A stretch of DNA of 64,000 nt from Candidatus Limnocylindria bacterium (GTDB lineage: Bacteria > Chloroflexota > Limnocylindria > P2-11E). Both the position numbers and the translations under genes were made by a program. Within the stretch, counting starts at the first letter, position 1. Each line of letters starts with the position of its first letter. Shown here piece after piece: positions 62,187-64,000 of this stretch. The stretch is from contig JBHEML010000001.1 in the NCBI GenBank assembly GCA_046262615.1, forward strand, positions 27,182-91,181, read 5' to 3'. A model generated the notes under the pieces. The model searched no databases and was not told where the DNA came from. It was given only the letters and a program-made list of their open reading frames with translations.

Positions 62187-63278
62187 GTGACGCCGATGGC
62201 GACGGTGACCTTCGACCACGTATCCAAGCGATTCGGTGAGTTCACGGCGGTGAACGACCTGTCGCTCCAGGTCAGGGACGAGGAATTCCTCGTGCTCGTC
62301 GGTCCGTCAGGCTGTGGCAAGACCACGGCCCTGCGCATGATCGCCGGGCTCGAGGAGCAGACCAGCGGCGATATCCGCATCGGCGACCGGGTCGTCAACG
62401 ACGTCGCCCCGAAGGACCGCGACATCGCCATGGTGTTCCAGAACTACGCCCTGTATCCGCACATGTCGGTGTACGACAACATCGCCTTCGGCCTGAAGCT
62501 GCGCGGCATGCCCAAGAACGAGATCGAGCGCCGCGTGAACGAGGTCGGAGAGATGCTCGGTCTCGCCAAGCTCCTGAAGCGCAAGCCGAAGGAGCTCTCC
62601 GGTGGACAGCGCCAGCGCGTCGCCGTCGGTCGCGCGATCGCCCGCGAGCCCTCCGTCTTCCTGATGGACGAGCCACTCTCCAACCTCGACGCGGCCCTGC
62701 GTATCCAGACGCGCGCCATGCTCCAGAAGCTTCATCAGCGCATCCGGCGCACGACCGTGTACGTCACGCACGACCAGGTCGAGGCCATGACCATGGGCGA
62801 CCGGATCGCCGTCATGAAGGACGGCATCCTCCAGCAGATCGACACCCCAGAGCACCTCCACGAGCAGCCCGGCAACCTGTTCGTCGCGGGGTTCATCGGG
62901 TCGCCGGCCATGAACTTCTTCCCGGCGAAGATCGTCCAGAGCGACGGCACCGCGGTCGCCGACGCTGGCTTCTTCCGCTCGCCTCTGGTGAAGGACGCGG
63001 CGAAGCAGGCCGTCGGCAAGGACGTGATCGTCGGCGTGAGGCCTGAGGACATCGAGGCGAACGTCGGGCTCAACGGCAAGGTGCCGGTCGACGCCCAGGT
63101 GGATGTCGTGGAGTTCCTCGGCAACGAGTTCCAGCTGCACCTGAACGCCGGCGGGCAGACCTTCGTCGCTCGCGTGCCGGCCGACGTGAAGACCCAGCCC
63201 GGAGAGGCGATCCGCGTCGGATTCGACACGCGCAAGCTGCACGTGTTCGACAAGACGTCGGAGGCCGCCCTGCAGTGA
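62187..63278 (+). CDS. Carbohydrate ABC transporter ATP-binding protein (MalK/UgpC/MsiK-like)
   Basis: 363 aa with Walker A GPSGCGKTT, signature LSGGQRQRV, Walker B FLMDEPLSNLD and a MalK-type C-terminal TOBE-like regulatory domain. Confidence 0.92.
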   Translation: MTPMATVTFDHVSKRFGEFTAVNDLSLQVRDEEFLVLVGPSGCGKTTALRMIAGLEEQTSGDIRIGDRVVNDVAPKDRDIAMVFQNYALYPHMSVYDNIAFGLKLRGMPKNEIERRVNEVGEMLGLAKLLKRKPKELSGGQRQRVAVGRAIAREPSVFLMDEPLSNLDAALRIQTRAMLQKLHQRIRRTTVYVTHDQVEAMTMGDRIAVMKDGILQQIDTPEHLHEQPGNLFVAGFIGSPAMNFFPAKIVQSDGTAVADAGFFRSPLVKDAAKQAVGKDVIVGVRPEDIEANVGLNGKVPVDAQVDVVEFLGNEFQLHLNAGGQTFVARVPADVKTQPGEAIRVGFDTRKLHVFDKTSEAALQ

Positions 63279-64000
63279 GCCTGCGCGGCACGCTCGAGCA
63301 CTTCCCGCTCGAGACCATCGTGCAGCTCCTCGCCTCGACGAGCAAGACCGGCCAGCTCGAGGTGCGCCCCGACAGCGCGGATGGACTCGGCGGAGCCCTC
63401 GGCTTCGCCGACGGGCGCCTCGTCTCCGCTTCGAGCGGCTCGGACTCCGGCGAGGACGCCCTCGGCGTCGTGTTCTCAGCGGAGCGGGGCGAGTTCGAGT
63501 TCATTCCCTGGCGCGAGGCACCGAGCGAGAACCTGAAGGGCGACCTGAACTCGCTTCTGGACCGCGCCCTCCAGGAGCGCGACAGGATGACGGCCGTCCG
63601 TGAGGTCGTGCCGCGCGACACCATGCGATTCCGCCTGTCGGATCGCGCGGCGCAGAAGGACAACATCACGCTGAACTCGACGCAGTGGCGCGCGCTGCTC
63701 GCCGTGAACGGAGAGCGCGACGTGACGGGTATCGCGGAGACGCTCGGCTCGGGCCGCATGCCCACGCTGCAGCTCCTCGCGGAGCTGCTCCGGGCGGGGA
63801 TGATCGACGGCATTGACCCCGGACCCCAGGCGCCCGCCCCGGCCGCGTCCGCTGGTGCCGCCGAGTCGACCGGTGGCGAGCGACGCGTTTCCCGCCCATC
63901 CGAGCCAGCCTCGGGTGGGACATCCGCCGCGTCGCCCGCCGCCGACGGGTGGTCGGCGCCCTTGGATCCCGGCAGCGACGCACCCGCCGATGCGCGATGG
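63275..64000 (+). CDS. DUF4388 domain-containing protein (runs off the window end)
   Basis: Not in the ORF track because no stop occurs before the window end. GTG 63275 overlaps the ATPase TGA (GTGA). My translation reads SLRGTLEHFPLETIVQLLASTSKTGQLEV...GEFEFIPW, a typical DUF4388 N-terminus, followed by a Pro/Ala-rich tail. Confidence 0.65.
   Translation, partial: MSLRGTLEHFPLETIVQLLASTSKTGQLEVRPDSADGLGGALGFADGRLVSASSGSDSGEDALGVVFSAERGEFEFIPWREAPSENLKGDLNSLLDRALQERDRMTAVREVVPRDTMRFRLSDRAAQKDNITLNSTQWRALLAVNGERDVTGIAETLGSGRMPTLQLLAELLRAGMIDGIDPGPQAPAPAASAGAAESTGGERRVSRPSEPASGGTSAASPAADGWSAPLDPGSDAPADARW

Overview
High-GC (roughly 70% by eye, not computed) bacterial chromosomal segment. It is densely coded. 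Many adjacent genes are chained by 4-nt ATGA/GTGA start-stop overlaps, and several genes have TANNNT boxes 6-9 nt upstream of the start codon, which suggests leaderless mRNAs. This style fits an actinobacterium-like lineage (inference only). All functional calls come from my reading of the supplied translations and their motifs; no database search was run.

Content, left to right:
- M23 peptidase.
- Pyrimidine operon pyrR-pyrB-pyrC-carA-carB-[MFS]-pyrK-pyrD, with a PyrR-type RNA hairpin over the pyrR ribosome-binding site.
- KamB/NpmA-type 16S rRNA methyltransferase interrupted by an in-frame amber codon.
- Large purine-catabolism block: uricase, OHCU decarboxylase and HIU hydrolase, divergent from DUF3830, allantoinase, an amidohydrolase, a 3-subunit xanthine dehydrogenase, DinB and adenosine deaminase.
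- Beta-propeller lipoprotein, KHG/KDPG aldolase, pyrE, glyoxylate/hydroxyacid reductase.
- tRNA-Lys(UUU) followed by a deleted nitroreductase remnant.
- AlkZ/YcaQ-like glycosylase.
- Sugar ABC importer without an ATPase.
- M20 peptidase, aquaporin, and an NSAR plus GNAT pair.
- cNMP-binding protein, formimidoyltransferase and hutI, beta-carbonic anhydrase, LipJ-like adenylate cyclase.
- coaD-coaX-coaBC, followed by HAD, MFS, HIT and LLM genes.

The most unusual region is 51.3-64 kb:
- A translationally coupled operon of a GT-A enzyme, a GDE-type hydrolase, a GT4 enzyme and a USP-USP-GpgS fusion.
- Divergent from it, a DedA protein and a PAP2::GH38 alpha-mannosidase fusion.
- Then 22-bp tandem direct repeats abutting a leaderless promoter of a small secreted protein.
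- Then a lone MalK-type ATPase coupled to a DUF4388 protein.

Three genes (coaBC, the GT4 gene and the lipoprotein) only make sense with non-ATG/GTG/TTG start codons.
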